A stretch of 63,898 bases of DNA, the filler included, from Bigelowiella natans CCMP2755 (taxonomy: Eukaryota; Protista; Cercozoa), in assembly GCA_000320545.1 (NCBI GenBank). It is 11 parts of 11 records of this genome, joined end to end, with 100 filler letters (N's around TTAATTAATTAA, not from the genome) between each part and the next. Parts side by side here need not be neighbours in the genome. Positions count along the whole stretch, not along the records: positions 23,292 to 28,022 come from ADNK01002246.1; positions 28,123 to 30,264 come from ADNK01002824.1; positions 30,365 to 50,978 come from ADNK01000467.1; 8 more parts are not named here. One strand, 5' to 3'. Positions 25,942-39,279 of the stretch are shown piece after piece. Positions within the stretch are counted from its first letter, which is position 1. Each line of letters begins with the position of its first letter. The notes under the pieces were generated by a model. That model was not told the origin of the DNA and made no database searches. It saw nothing but the letters and a program-made list of their open reading frames with translations. The translations under genes and the position numbers were made by a program.

Positions 25942-27550
25942 TGACGCATACACTCACATGGATGTATATTTGCATCATCATCGTCATTTTTAAGGGGGCA
26001 TCTTACATCGTGACCTTGAGAAGAAAGACTACTCTCAGCGTCAAAAGGAAAACGAAAAACAGCTTCTCGCACGAAATCTGAACAAGCGAATCGACAGGGA
26101 CATCTATCTCCCTCGAGACCACGATGACGAAGCTGATGATGATGATGATGATGATGACAACGAGGAAGTAGCGCCGCTCGATAGGAGATCCATCCTAGCG
26201 AACGTACTCACTTCGATGGGAAATATGCGCTTCCAAATATTGACTTTCTGCAACTTCCAAGATGCCATCAACCTATGTATGGTCTCCAAGAAACTAAGCA
26301 CGTATTTCGGTAGCTGGAAGCTGCGAAGTAGACTCATATGTGCCCAGTCCGCATTGTATCTGCCAAAGGGATATCCTACCGGTGAGCTGAAGGATGCCTT
26401 CATGAACCTTCTATGGCCTTCGAGACACAAGTGGAAACTGTTCTCCAAGAACGATGAAAGGGCAGAAAACCGTACCGAGGAGGACTTCAAAATCAAAGTC
26501 GCTGTGCGTGTTCGACCAAGGGAGGGGGGCGACAAGGAGCATAACCTCGTGCTCCCACTCCACCAACGCGGAAAGCTGATACGCGAAGGAAAATTAGATC
26601 GAAGGGATCTCTTCAAAGAGGAAACCAAGAAAGAGCTGCTCAACAGCCTCGTCAACTCTCACGACATGGATCCAAAGCTAATCGCAGCCGTTCTAGAGGC
26701 CATGCGCTTGGACTCCGCCATGCAGACCGCGAGGCAGTTAAACACGACGGTCAAGAAAAAGGAGTGGTCATCTCCAGCTTCGGCCGTCGACGGAAAGCAT
26801 AGCGGAAATCAAATGAGGCGTGAAGAGGAGGAGAAGAAGCGAAGCGATCATCGTAGACATATCACTCAGCAACTGCTCAAGAGCCATCTCTCTGCTAGTG
26901 ATGACAATGCGACGACGGGGGGCCAAACGAACGAAGCCAATAAGGCCACAGCAGGATCTAAGGGCGCATCTGAATCTGATGCAAAAGGGGAGTCTTCTAA
27001 CACAGTTGAGGAGGAGGAGGGGGATGAGAGCAATCAGAGTAGGAGAAAGAGCCGGCCCAAGATTCTAGCTATTCACGACAGGCAGCTCATCTTGTACCTG
27101 CCAGGAATCGGTGTAAAACCGTATCAATTCGACCACGTTTGCAAGGAAGATGCGCTACAGAGCGAGGTGTATGCAAAGGCCGCAAGGGAGTCTGTCATCA
27201 CCGCGATCAATGGGTTCAACGCCGCCATCTTCTGCTACGGCCAAACAGGCAGTGGAAAGACGCACACGATGTTCGGGCCTCAGGGGATTGTCAAGGAAAC
27301 ACTGGAAGGACTGGACAGTCAGCACGGCGGCGGCGCTGTTGTGCCTGGAAGCTGCGGTATCGTCCTCCGCTCGTGCATAGAGCTCTTCCGTGCGAAGGAG
27401 CGGCTGCGTCGGCAATTTGACCTCGTGACGACTTATAGCCTGCAATACGTGCAGCTTTACAACGAAAAGGTGATGCTAATACTAATAGAAATAGCCTCTC
27501 TACTAGTCATCAATCATTATAATCCACAGCTGTTGCCAACATGAGTCTCG

Positions 27551-27588
<38 letters not shown>

Positions 27589-27845
27589 AATTATCACCAC
27601 AATGCCTAACGCAAAACGGCTCTCCTTCCTCCGTCTCCCGTCATCGGCGCTTTTCACTCTTGCGCTACTGCGCCATCCTGCATCAGGTCACAGATCTTCT
27701 CACCGGCCGCGACGTCAGAGTGCGTTCGTACTACAATGCGGAGAGGAGCCACGCAGCCGATGCTGCTCTTTGTGGCGCTCATGAAGCTCGGGTCGAGACC
27801 CTCTCGGATGTGATGAATCTACTTCAGATCGGAGAGCGGAGAAAG
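25212..27845 (+). CDS. Kinesin motor protein with upstream F-box-like motif and large insertion in the motor domain (3' end lost in gap)
   Basis: Exons 25212-~25863 and ~25995-27469 splice in phase 1. Motifs: IKVAVRVRP, YQFDHV, P-loop GFNAAIFCYGQTGSGKTHTMFG, YVQLYNEKVTDLL. F-box-like FQILTFCNFQDAINLCMVSKKL. Confidence 0.9.
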
Positions 27846-28122
27846 GTATTATGGGCAAACGATAGCGAGTTGTAGAGGGGGGGGGGGGGGGAGAGAGAGA
27901 GAGTGGGTTCCGTAGGCGCCGGAGCAAGATGAAAGGGTGCTGGTTTTTTGGAGTGCAGATGTGCGTGAGAGAGAGAAAAAAAAAGAAAAAAAGAAAGGGA
28001 GGGGGGGGAAAGGGGGGGGGGGNNNNNNNNNNNNNNNNNNNNNNNNNNNNNNNNNNNNNNNNNNNNTTAATTAATTAANNNNNNNNNNNNNNNNNNNNNN
28101 NNNNNNNNNNNNNNNNNNNNNN

Positions 28123-28718
28123 TGGGGGCGCGCGCGCCAGGAGAATATGCATAAGATGCTCCAAAAAGCTGTTCGCCTCTTAACACTGCTTGGTGTCCCC
28201 TTGTGAAAAATCGTACATCCGAAGCGTGCTCTGGAACAGTGATGGCAATGCATCTCTCTCTCTCCTCCTCTCTCTCTCTCCCTCTCCCCCATTAATCATC
28301 AATCAGGCTTTTTATTCATTCTGAGCACGCGGCTGTTGTACATCTAATCAATAAATTATCTACGCACAAAGCGCGGTGAGGCGGTGAAGGAAGGGCTTTC
28401 GAGGGGGGCTGCATTTGCCAGATCGATCTGCTCCCAGGTGTATGTGAGGAGGGGGGGGGACGAGGGAGAAGGGGAGGACTCTCGAGCCAAGAGAGAGAAT
28501 GGCTGCTGCTTTGGAATCGTCAGTGTCGTACTCACCACCTACAACACAATACCGCCTTCAAATGATGAGCATACATGTGGTCATTTTCACCGTGCATCAT
28601 CATTATCACCATCTCGTATTGCTATTGCTTACTTCGATATGATGGGTGCTATTCCAGGCTGCCCCCCGCCCCCCCCCCCTCTCTCTTCTGTCTCTCTTCT
28701 CTCTCTATTCTGTCTCTC

Positions 28719-28749
<31 letters not shown>

Positions 28750-29283
28750 ATTATCTTCTTACATCTGCTGTCGGGATGCTAGGTGAACGACCGCCGGACG
28801 TTGAACATCTGATAGTAGTGTCAATCCCAATGATGACGATGATGATGATGAGGAGGATGATGATGATGATGACGACGATGCGAACAACGACACAAACTGC
28901 AGCTACAGAACAGGCGTGCTCGCCCACTGAAACTCAAATCAAGGCAATGATTTTTTTCTCTCAATAATCTGTAAACGCTTATCTCCCATGTTTCCCCTCT
29001 TCTTTTCCAGGAGACGCCATATCGACGTGTAGTAGTAATACTAACAGTCACCCTCCGTAGTAATCCATGAATCGCTGAATCTGGTCCAAACTCCCTAGGT
29101 GGAAGTATCTATGCCAACCAACATGAAGAGAAGGAAGATGAGAAGGAGAAGGAGGAGGAGGAGGAGGAGGAGGAGGAGGAGGATGAAGAGGTTCCAATGG
29201 GGTTTCGTCGGTATCACTGGAATCTTCTTAAAGGAGAAATCAAAAGGGAAAACACAAATACAGACAGAGCAATGTAGAGAAAG

Positions 29284-29328
<45 letters not shown>

Positions 29329-29995
29329 GGATTAATACGGGCTGGTTCTTAAAGCCGTATTGTCATTTCCACATATTCCAGCATATCTGAGGTTACAATC
29401 GCAAGAAGAAAGGAGAGGGGCATCATCGTAAGACCCTTTTATTCGCAACGCTGCTCTTTTCGCAATAAGACATGCCAACATCAAACGCAATGTAAAGGAA
29501 TAAACGTATTTACACCAGATGAATCGATTCTCCTCCTCATCATCTTCTTCCTGTTTTCAAGGTTAGTGGCATTGTTGGCTGTGTTGTCACTGATACCCCA
29601 TGATAGTCGAGCCGCTGCCGGGTTCATATGCTAGGCTCGATGCTCGGTTGTTCGCGCACGCTCGCCGAACCCCGTTGAATGTGTGGTCTGCCCCAAACTT
29701 ATAGGAAGGAAAAACGGAGGATGGGGGGGAGGAGGACAAAGAGAAGAATCTTGGTAAAACATACGCAATCTCTGCGTCCTCTCTTCCCCATCCCCCCCCC
29801 CCCCCCCCCCTTCTCTTTCTATGGGAGAAGACGTGAAGTGTCACCTGATGAGCGATCTCATGAGATAGGTAATCAACATGAAATGCGTCTCCAGTGGGGT
29901 TTGGAGTGCCTGATAAGGTGGGGGTGAGGGGGGGGGAGGGGAGGTGATTGCTCAGTGTATTATGTCATATCTTCGTCCAATCGTTTATATGCAAA

Positions 29996-30034
<39 letters not shown>

Positions 30035-30152
30035 GTGTGTGTGTGTGTGTCTGTGTGTGTGTGTTTCTGTGTGTGCAAGCTCTTCCTCATATGGCATGAG
30101 CTACAACCTGAAGTTCCCTCAGCCTTTCGATATGTACAAGCACCGTTGATGC
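28123..30152 (-). CDS. Reprolysin-like (M12B, bacterial-type) zinc metallopeptidase, internal portion between two gaps
   Basis: Spliced: INGACTYRKAEGTS/GTPNPTGDAFHVDYLSHEIAHQ/FGADHTFNGVRRACANNRASSLAYEPGSGSTIMG/YAGICGNDNTALRTSP/YFHLGSLDQI..TIPKQQPFSL..LTYTWEQID. Contains HExxHxxGxxH plus the Met-turn. Confidence 0.9.
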
Positions 30153-30222
30153 TGTGTATATATTATATAATCAAATGAGAGAGTGGAGAGAGAGTAAATA
30201 TTGAAACTAATATGTGTGCATA

Positions 30223-30264
<42 letters not shown>

Positions 30265-30380
30265 NNNNNNNNNNNNNNNNNNNNNNNNNNNNNNNNNNNN
30301 NNNNNNNNTTAATTAATTAANNNNNNNNNNNNNNNNNNNNNNNNNNNNNNNNNNNNNNNNNNNNAAGAAATACGCTTTTT

Positions 30381-30417
<37 letters not shown>

Positions 30418-30429
30418 GGAAGATCAATC

Positions 30430-30946
30430 ATCCTCTTCTTCTTCTTCTTCTTTTTCTTCTTCTTCCTCTCAAATTACTAAGGAAAATGGTCCTCTGCGGG
30501 AGGTTCCCTCCACCCGTATTTTCCATAATGCAGCTGTTTAAAGTACTTTTGACGGTCCTCCAGCTTCTGGTAGATCTAAACATCATACCGATCATCATCA
30601 TTTCTGTAAGAACCCGGGAAAGCGGAGGGGGGGGGGGGGGGCCGACACATATTTGATAAAAAAATAAATAAATAAGGGAAAAGAACAAGTCCGAAGCTGG
30701 ATTCCTCTCGCATCATCATCCCATTTGCTGTAAGATTTTCCTTTCAATTCCCCACAAAAGCTCTCAGGGCCCGGGCCTTTTCTCATCGAAATCGGCGCGT
30801 CGTAGAAACAAAAGAGCACCACGCCATTCAACCATAACCCCCTCGTCCCTTCCTACAGCCTCTTTCCCCTCGGAAGGGCGCAGTAGCAAATATGATAGTT
30901 TGTGCAGTACTTTCTGGTATATTGTGCATGCGGCAGTGGTCACAGG

Positions 30947-30982
<36 letters not shown>

Positions 30983-33805
30983 CGCATCAGGGTCTTTCGG
31001 ATCCCAATTCTTGAGCAAGTAGAGCAAATCCTGCCTCCGGGCCTGAATGCAAGCTTTGAACAAATGCATTCTGGGCCGGGCCCTGCGGCGGCTTTTGGAG
31101 TGCCTCCGGGTGATCTCCCCCCACCGGTCAGAGGCGCGGAGCATGTCCACCAGCAGCTCCGTCTCGTCGGGAAGCTTCTTCATCAGCGTGATAGCGAGGT
31201 AGAAAGCGTTGAAGCCGTTACGATCGGAGAGGTGGAGGGTCGCGGCGGACGGCTGGATCAGCATCCGTACGATATCCACGCGGTCAGGGGCGGCCTTCTC
31301 CTGCTTGGCCAGGTACAGCGCCAGCAGCAGTGGGCTGAGGCGCGTCTTGAGGGAGAAGATGTTCGCGTCGGCGCCGGCGTCCAACAGCGTTTGCACCATC
31401 TTCGGCTGCTTGGTCTGGGTTGCCATGTGCAGCGCCGTGAATCCGCGGCTGTCTTCGTTGTCCACGTTGGCGCCTCCGTTGATGAGGATTTGCGCCACCG
31501 CCAGGTTCCCGAACTGAATGGCGAGGTTCAACGCCGTGGAACCGTCGGCGATTTTGCGGTCGGGGTCGGCGCCCATCTCGAGCAGGTAGCTCGCAATGGG
31601 TCCATTGCCGCTCTGCCCTGCCACCATGAGTGGACTAGCTTTGTTCTTACCCAAAGTACCTTTATCGAGGTCGCAGCCCGCCTCAGCAAGCGCCTGGATC
31701 ACTGGCAGATGGCCCTTCTGCGCCGCCATAAACAGCGGTGTAGCCTTCCCCTGCCCCAGGTCCGCAGCGACGTTCATCGTCCAACCGGCGCCGTGCGCGA
31801 GGAGCAGCTTCACCATATTCACATCGCCGATCTGGCACGCCATGAAGAGGGGCGAGAAGTTGCGCTTGTTGAGTTTGTTGGGGCTGGCGCCGCGCGAGAG
31901 GAGCTTCTCCGTGACCTCCATCTGGCTCGCGGCGACGGACTGGTAGAGCGCGGTCTTGCCGTCGGGCAGCGGCTTATTCACCCGCGCCCCGTAGTCCAGC
32001 AGCGATTCCACCAGGTCAACCTTGCCGCGCGTAGCTGCGAGAATGAGCGGCGTGACGCCTCTAAGGTTGGCGATGTTCGGATTCGCTCCCGCCTCCAGCA
32101 GCGCTGTCGCCGCGGCATATTTGCCCTGCTCGCACGCCAAGATCAAGGCGGTGTTTCCTTGGATGTCCCTCGCGTTGACGCTCGCCCCAGTGTTTTCGAG
32201 GCTCTGCATAATTGCATTGGGTTCGCCTTGCATCGCTGTGAGGAGAAATTGGTCCTCAGGCCGTGCTAATCGGAGGCTTTCGAATGGCACCGACATCTGC
32301 ATTCGGTTCGCGTAGGCGACGACTTGGCACATCGCCCCTGCTACAGCCCTGCCCTGCAACTCGCATAAGACCCATTTGGGTTCGCCCACCTAATGATGGT
32401 AGCGGGGGGAGAGGGGAAGGGGTGGGGGGGGGGGAGACTTAGTCGAAGTTGGTTTGCAATCTCTACTAACAATGCGAATTGACACACCTGAGCTGGTGGC
32501 TTGGTCTGCTGAGCCAAGGCCCCTCCAAATATATTTCCAGCGGGATTTTGTGGCCGCATCTGGGCATAGACCATCGTTCCCTGCTCTAGCTCTAGGTCGT
32601 CACTGGGTGGGACGAATTGCTGCATCAGGCGCCACTCGTCGTTCAGGAGCGTCTGTGACAGCGCTGCGGTAATGGCGGCTGCTGCTCCAACGGCAGCAGC
32701 TCCTTGAACGAGGTAATCTTGTCTCTTACTGAGCCAGTCGCCTGTTGTCTGTAAGAGCTGCAAGGCAATATCGCGATACGCCAAGAGCTGTTCGCGGGCG
32801 ATTGCCTTTCCTTCGACCCACTTCGTCTTCACCGTCTTGAGGAACACGTTGTGGAGGAGGTGATTGGCGATGCAGAGAAGCCGGTCCTTCTGGTACTTGA
32901 CTTTTCGCATAAACTGTGGCGACATAAAATAAAGAGAACGGCATCTGTCATTTTATTCCATTTGGAGAGACTGTTACTTGCGAGGCTCAAAATCAAGGTT
33001 CTACGCAATGGGGGACTGCCTGGAAAATAGTACACTACTACTCTTGAGGTTACTACATGGATACGCTCGTATTTACCCGTATCGATGCGAACCGCCAATC
33101 ATCCATTCCGAAATCAACCTCAGGATAGTAGACTGAGAGAACAATAACAACCATAATTATCTCTTATGCAGATTCATCTGATTCTTCTAAACAAAGATGT
33201 TAGATATCAAAACGCTTCTTCCTACATCGTACGAAGACGGGTTCGGGCTCTAGGTATCCAACAATATTTCCATTGAACTCAACACTTAGGTTGAAAGCGT
33301 TTTCTTCATATTTTTTCTTCAGAAAGGCGTCCTCGAGCCCAGCATTTCCGACCTCGGTTAGCATCGCTCCCGCACTAATACTGGTGTATGGGTTATCGTT
33401 GGCCATTTTCCTCGCCGTCTCAAGCCTCATTTCATCTTCACTATTGCTTCTAAACGGGTTCGAAAGCTTGAACTGGAGCATCGGACTCCTCCTTTCGCTC
33501 CAGCCCCACCCTCTCGCGGTCCTCCGGGAAATCTGGGTGTACAATGTTGTTGACTAAGTTTTCGAATGGGGATGGAAAAAAAGAGGAAATACCATCATCA
33601 GAAAGGCAACTCCGAGGACCCCCAAAACTCCAAGGGATTTTGTTCGCCTTTTCATCCTGTACAAGCGCCCCCCTTCTCGCGCCAAGATGCCATGGTTGTA
33701 CATCGTGACACAAGCCGGGGGGTAGGGTACAGCGGCGGGGTTTGGCTGTCCTTGTCGCAGTCCAAAATACCACATTATATATACAACTGCGACACCATTT
33801 TTCAT
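30430..33805 (-). CDS. Ankyrin-repeat protein with probable N-terminal signal anchor
   Basis: About 9-10 ANK repeats (GNTALILAC, GVTPLILAA, GKTALYQS, FSPLFMAC, ATPLFMAA, ASPLMVAG, GSTALNLA, GFTALHMA) in one GC-rich exon. Upstream in-strand exons include the hydrophobic SLGVLGVLGVAFLMM. Confidence 0.85.
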
Positions 33806-33977
33806 GTCGCTCTCGATAAATGTAGGTGAATCCCATTTGAATTCTATGGGAGGGTATTTGGTTGATAGATTGTTGAAAACGTCCTGCTTTCTCCTCCGCC
33901 TTCGATGTGCCGAGTGCGGATCGGAAGAACATCTAGCGGCGACAAGCGAATCTAGTTGTCGCACGTGATGAATCCTA

Positions 33978-35113
33978 ATGAAAATATCTCTAATCGCAGG
34001 AAATTACGTCTCCCAATCTCGGAACTCTCCCCCCCCGCCCGAGCCGATGCAATGGGCTTGCAAGCACTGCACGTTCATAAACTCGAACACGGCTTTTCTC
34101 TGTTGCGAAATATGCGGCCAACCTAAAGGAGGAGAGGAGCCGAAGCGAAAGCCAAGGCAAAGTCCACAACTCACGGCCACCAAACCGTGTGAAGAGGCGC
34201 ATTCATCGTCAAGAACGAAGGTAGCTACGCACCAGAGCTTGGACAAACCTTCCAGCAAGATGCTGAAGCTCCCTCTTTCGAATCATAAACTTAAAAGAGA
34301 AGTGAGCTTGGAATCAGCTAAGTTTCTCTCCGAAGGATTTGCTGAGTGGAAAAGGAGGACAGATGAGTCGTTGGGTATCGAATTAGTCAATGCTGCTCCT
34401 GGCGAAATCTTGCTCTCCATGCCGACCTCAAGTAATAATAATAACAATAATAACAATTATAGCAATATGAACATAAATGATAGATGTTGATGAATAAAGC
34501 ATATGTCTGCATAAACCCATTTAACAAGGTGAAATTCCCTCATATGATTTAACCTTTGCGCTATTTCTTTCTTCGAAATTTAGCGGAGAACGTCTGGATC
34601 TCCTTCGAAGTCCACGCCCAAATGGGGGGGTGGGTGAAAAAACTTGACAACAACATCAATTGCACGACAGAATAATAAGTCGAGTTATTCGGGCCACTGA
34701 AGCCCTGCAATCCATATTCTAACAAAATCCTCCCTCTCCCTCTCTCCCGCAGGTATCTCTTTGCTATCACAGACAATGATATACCGGATGCGCTCCTTGA
34801 GTTTACACAAAAAGTGAACGATGCAGTCGTAAAGGTTGTCTTCATATATACACCGCAGAGAGGACGTATGTCATGTCATCGTCTTCCAATCGTTTGACTT
34901 CGCCTCACCCACCCACCTCTTCTTTCTCTTCATCAGGAATCTAAGTTGAGTTTGGGCGTGGCGCTGAACCTATGGACTGCAGCATATGTGAAAGAGAAGA
35001 CCCGTATCGAGAACGACCTTAGAGAGTACGCCCTCAACGCCTGGCAGGAGGGGGACAACAAGGATTCGAAGAATACCGACGGTATTGTGGAAGGAGGAAG
35101 CTGTATTTGGTGC

Positions 35114-35167
<54 letters not shown>

Positions 35168-36529
35168 TATGCGTATCGGCTTTTATCGTAATAAGCGTTT
35201 TCAACCATTAAACTTATCGGTCCTCCCATCTTCAGATTGGGGGGATGGTGATGACGGTTTCTCTCAAGCCGAGATTGAGGAGGGGGGGTGGGGAGATGAA
35301 GGGGAGGAGGAGGAGGATGCAAAAGGTAAAGGAATTCGACCAATAACAAAGAATGATGAAGCTAGGAAGAAGAAATGTGGGAAAGGAGGAGGAAAAAGCA
35401 AGAGTTGTGTAGTACAAGAAGTAGCAATACCTGGTAGCAGCAGCAGTGGTGGTAGTTTGTTGTTGTTGTAGTTTGTTGTGTTACTACCATTCGAGGATGT
35501 ATTCCATTGTGTTTTGTAAGTATAAAGAGTTGCATTGCACGTGCGGTGTCAATAGGAGAGGAGGCTGTTCTCCCACCAGAGCACGTACTCTTCAGGTCAT
35601 CCATATTTTCTGCACTGCCTCGAGACGATATATAATGCCTACATAATATCTGTTCACGACCCCGATTAACAAACCGAACTTGTAGAAAATGGGACGCGAA
35701 GGAGAAAAAGTTACGCGACGGGGAGAGCAAAGGTGTGTGCTAACCGCCATCGTTTCTTGTTGTCGTTGTTGTTTACGCCGTACCTGCCACCACCACTACC
35801 ACCACGTCATCACCCCTATCATCATCATCAACAACAATCACCTTGTTACACAACAGGAGAGGCGACAAAGAGCATCTTGGAGTCAACCGAAGTCCAGGTT
35901 ATCATATATACGAGAAAGAGTGTTAATGATGAGAGCGCGACATTGCGACTTAAAAGAAATGTTGGTGTTTCTGAGTACACAAGACAAGCACGTATATCGG
36001 TGTGTTATTTCATGCTCCTCACCTCATCTTTCTCTCTCTCTCTCTCGGTCCCTTCCTCACCCCCCCACCCCTCATGCAATATCTCTCGCTCGCTCATCAG
36101 GCCATGACTGGCGTTGGAATAGCCTTCACTCCAAGTGCCGTATCACTTATGCTCAAGAAGACGCTCTACAAGCTAATGACAGCATACCATAGCGGGGAAA
36201 ATCCAACGTCGTCATCAGCATAACCCCACATCACTTCTCATCATCACCACACCGCCAGCAGCATCTTGCTAGTGTCCACTTTCACATCGTTCTGTTTTTT
36301 CCCATATAGCTGGAGAATAAAGCTCTCCAAAGAACAACGACGGCAGCATAAATTTTACTCTTTTTTCTTCATCGATGTAGGACCGATGTTGCTCCGATCG
36401 ATGACAACATATTCTGCTGGCGAGTGCGGTTTCGAAATTTTGCCTTTTCGTCAAAGATCCAAAGCGACCTTACAATGCTGGACAGCAAGTACGTGTATAT
36501 GCGATATATTACTTCATGTGTATATATAA

Positions 36530-36572
<43 letters not shown>

Positions 36573-39239
36573 AATTCAGTTCTCTCAAGATTCTTCTTTC
36601 TTCCCCTCCCCCCACAAGATATGACGGCCGAGACTACGTGGAGTTTCGAGTGATATTCGATATGCGGCTACACCCGTTCTACCCGCCAAAGGTACAGCCA
36701 TACACCACCCTACAACAGAAGAAAGCGGATATTGATGTTGGGAGTTTGATTCTTGCCGCACCTTCTATCTCCCTTTTCATGCCGCCGTTTTTTTGCCAGG
36801 TTGTGAGCGTGTATCCGCGTCTTGAGCACTTCTTCGTGGCAGTCATCGTATGCATGGATGAATTGCTGCTAGAGAACTGGAAGGTGGGTATACGGGGGGG
36901 GTAGGGGGAGTTGTGTTGGACGAAAGGAGTGCGGATTTGATTCTAATATTAATTTATATGTGTCATGTAATAGCCGGTGACACGCATCGACTCTCTATTA
37001 GCTAAGATCTACAAGATGCTGTCCGATCATGGGCGCGTAAATCCCCATCTCGCCATCAATGACCCTAAAAACTACACGGTAGTTGTAGAAGTTGTAGAAG
37101 TGGTAGTCTTAGTAGTAGTAGTGGTGGTGGTGGTATACTAGCAGCAGCGGCATGGACAGCTGACAACCGCTAGATCGAAGTAGCAATGCAATCGTAGTGA
37201 GCACCCAATTTGCAAGCAAAGCGAGGAAGAATAAGAATAAGACAAGGCCGGCAGCGGCCATCTCTGCTCGGATCTCACAAACACTTGCCTTAGGAGAGCA
37301 CACAGTATGGAAAAGCAGAGGAAATGCTATGCAGACTCAGCCAGGTTGTAAGAGATGTCGCTTAAAACCCGATGTAAAAATCGACTAATGGCGGTGCGAC
37401 GTTAGTGTCGTTTTGACGTGTTGTCCGGCGGTGAAGCCGAGGGCAGAACTCATCGATGTGCTCACCGGCTCGATCACTTTCAGATGTGGAAAGGGAGGAG
37501 TAGGAGGGGGGGGGGGAGGGGGTATATCACTATGTTGATGACAACTATAAACGTAATTGTGTATGCGCCAAATGGAGAATGACGATGGAAATTGAAAAGG
37601 ATGGTTACTGAGAATGCTCCCCCTCCTCCTCCTCCTTCTTATCATCATCATCGTCGTCGTCATTATCATCATTGTTAGGTAACATCTATTCCGCCACGGA
37701 CCTACCTAACTCTTGGTCTCACACGGCTAAAGCTGGGGGAACAATCCGTTCGTGAAAACACGTCCGAAAAGCCGTCGTCATCGTCATCATCATCATCATC
37801 ATCATCATCATCGAAATCACAACCTGCTACTGCTGCTGTGGGACCGGTCCCAAATAAGCTGCAGAGGCAGCTTTCAGGGGAGACAGCGCAGTCAGGGTAT
37901 GCATCTTTTCTGTGGAGAAACGAATTTTCGAGTAGAAAGATAATACGTGGACATGTACTGTACGCGCGCATGTGTAAGGAAACGCATATATGTAAGAAGC
38001 AGATGTGTGTGTTTGTGTGTGTTTGTGTGTGTTTTTAGCAAGAATGTGATCGAGTACATTACTGCGTTGGCCCGAAAACGCCAGAAACGAAGAGATATCA
38101 AAGCTGCATTTTCGGAGGTGTGCTAGTAGTAGTAGTAGTAGTAATAGTTGTTGTTGTTGTTGTAGTAGCAGTAGAGTAGCAGCAGCAGCAGAGACAGCAG
38201 CACTTAAAGCGGTCTTGATCCGTGGAAGAGAAAGAAAGAAAAAAGAAATTCAAACGAGGCAAACACAAACGAGATTCTCAAATCACAGTTCTTATAAGAA
38301 CCATGCGACTCTTCCGTTCTACTATTCCGTGACAGCCATTCATCCTGTCGTTTTACCATCGTCATCAAACCCCTCCCCATTCGTGTCTTCAATTAAGTGT
38401 TACAAGCTGCATATTGTGGAGGCGGCCTACCACTTCACTACCTCTATCCTCATCGTACACGATGATGATGATGATGATGATGATGATGGTGGTGATGTTA
38501 GGTCGTTGCATGCTTGAACGATAAGAATATGTCCAACGACTTCGCGTTTATTGTGAAGAATAGCGCCCTCCTTAGGTAATTTAAGAAGCACACAGAACTC
38601 ACACATACGCGACTTAAAAAAACGGACAAGCACACGCGCGCAAGCACGCATTTATATCAGTACATCAATATATAGTATTTACACACCGTAAACAAAGAGA
38701 AATACGTGTGTGCGTGTGTGTGCGTGTGTGCGTGTGTGCGTGTGTGTGTGTTTGTTGTGTGTGCCCTGCTTTTGTGCCGGTGTTTAAGCGTGATCGAGTC
38801 ATACCTGGAAGGGGCTGATGCCCGCAAGATGTCAAAGCACTCAAAGATGTAAGTAATTAGCATCAACGGCCCAAATGCGCTTTTCTCATTGACTTTCTGC
38901 TGCGCTTTCGATGATGTGGAAAATTAGGTATATCAGCGTGCTGACGGTGTGCCGCACGGTCGTTGCAGTGCCTGCACTACACTCGCTCTTATTCGTGCCG
39001 ATTTCGGACAAGGTAAACAGAAATGATGATGACGATGATGATGATGATGATGGATCGACTACTGAAGAATGATCGACTGGCTCCTATGGTTTCCAAGCTC
39101 ACTTCTTGCACAAATTCACGTCCAAAAAAAGGAAAATCCCAACGCATTCGTTTCGTCTGTCGTTGTTCGCGATTGTTACTCTCCCGCTGTGACTTTCTCT
39201 GCCAATTTACTCTCATTAGCATTGGTAGCAATGGTAGTA

Positions 39240-39279
<40 letters not shown>

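Noticed and set aside
28384-28782. Plus-strand ORF as continuation of the kinesin after the gap
   Set aside because: No kinesin motifs; the opposite strand encodes the metallopeptidase exon TIPKQQPF..LTYTWEQID.
30902-32269. 455-aa plus-strand ORF
   Set aside because: Antisense shadow of the GC-rich ankyrin exon.
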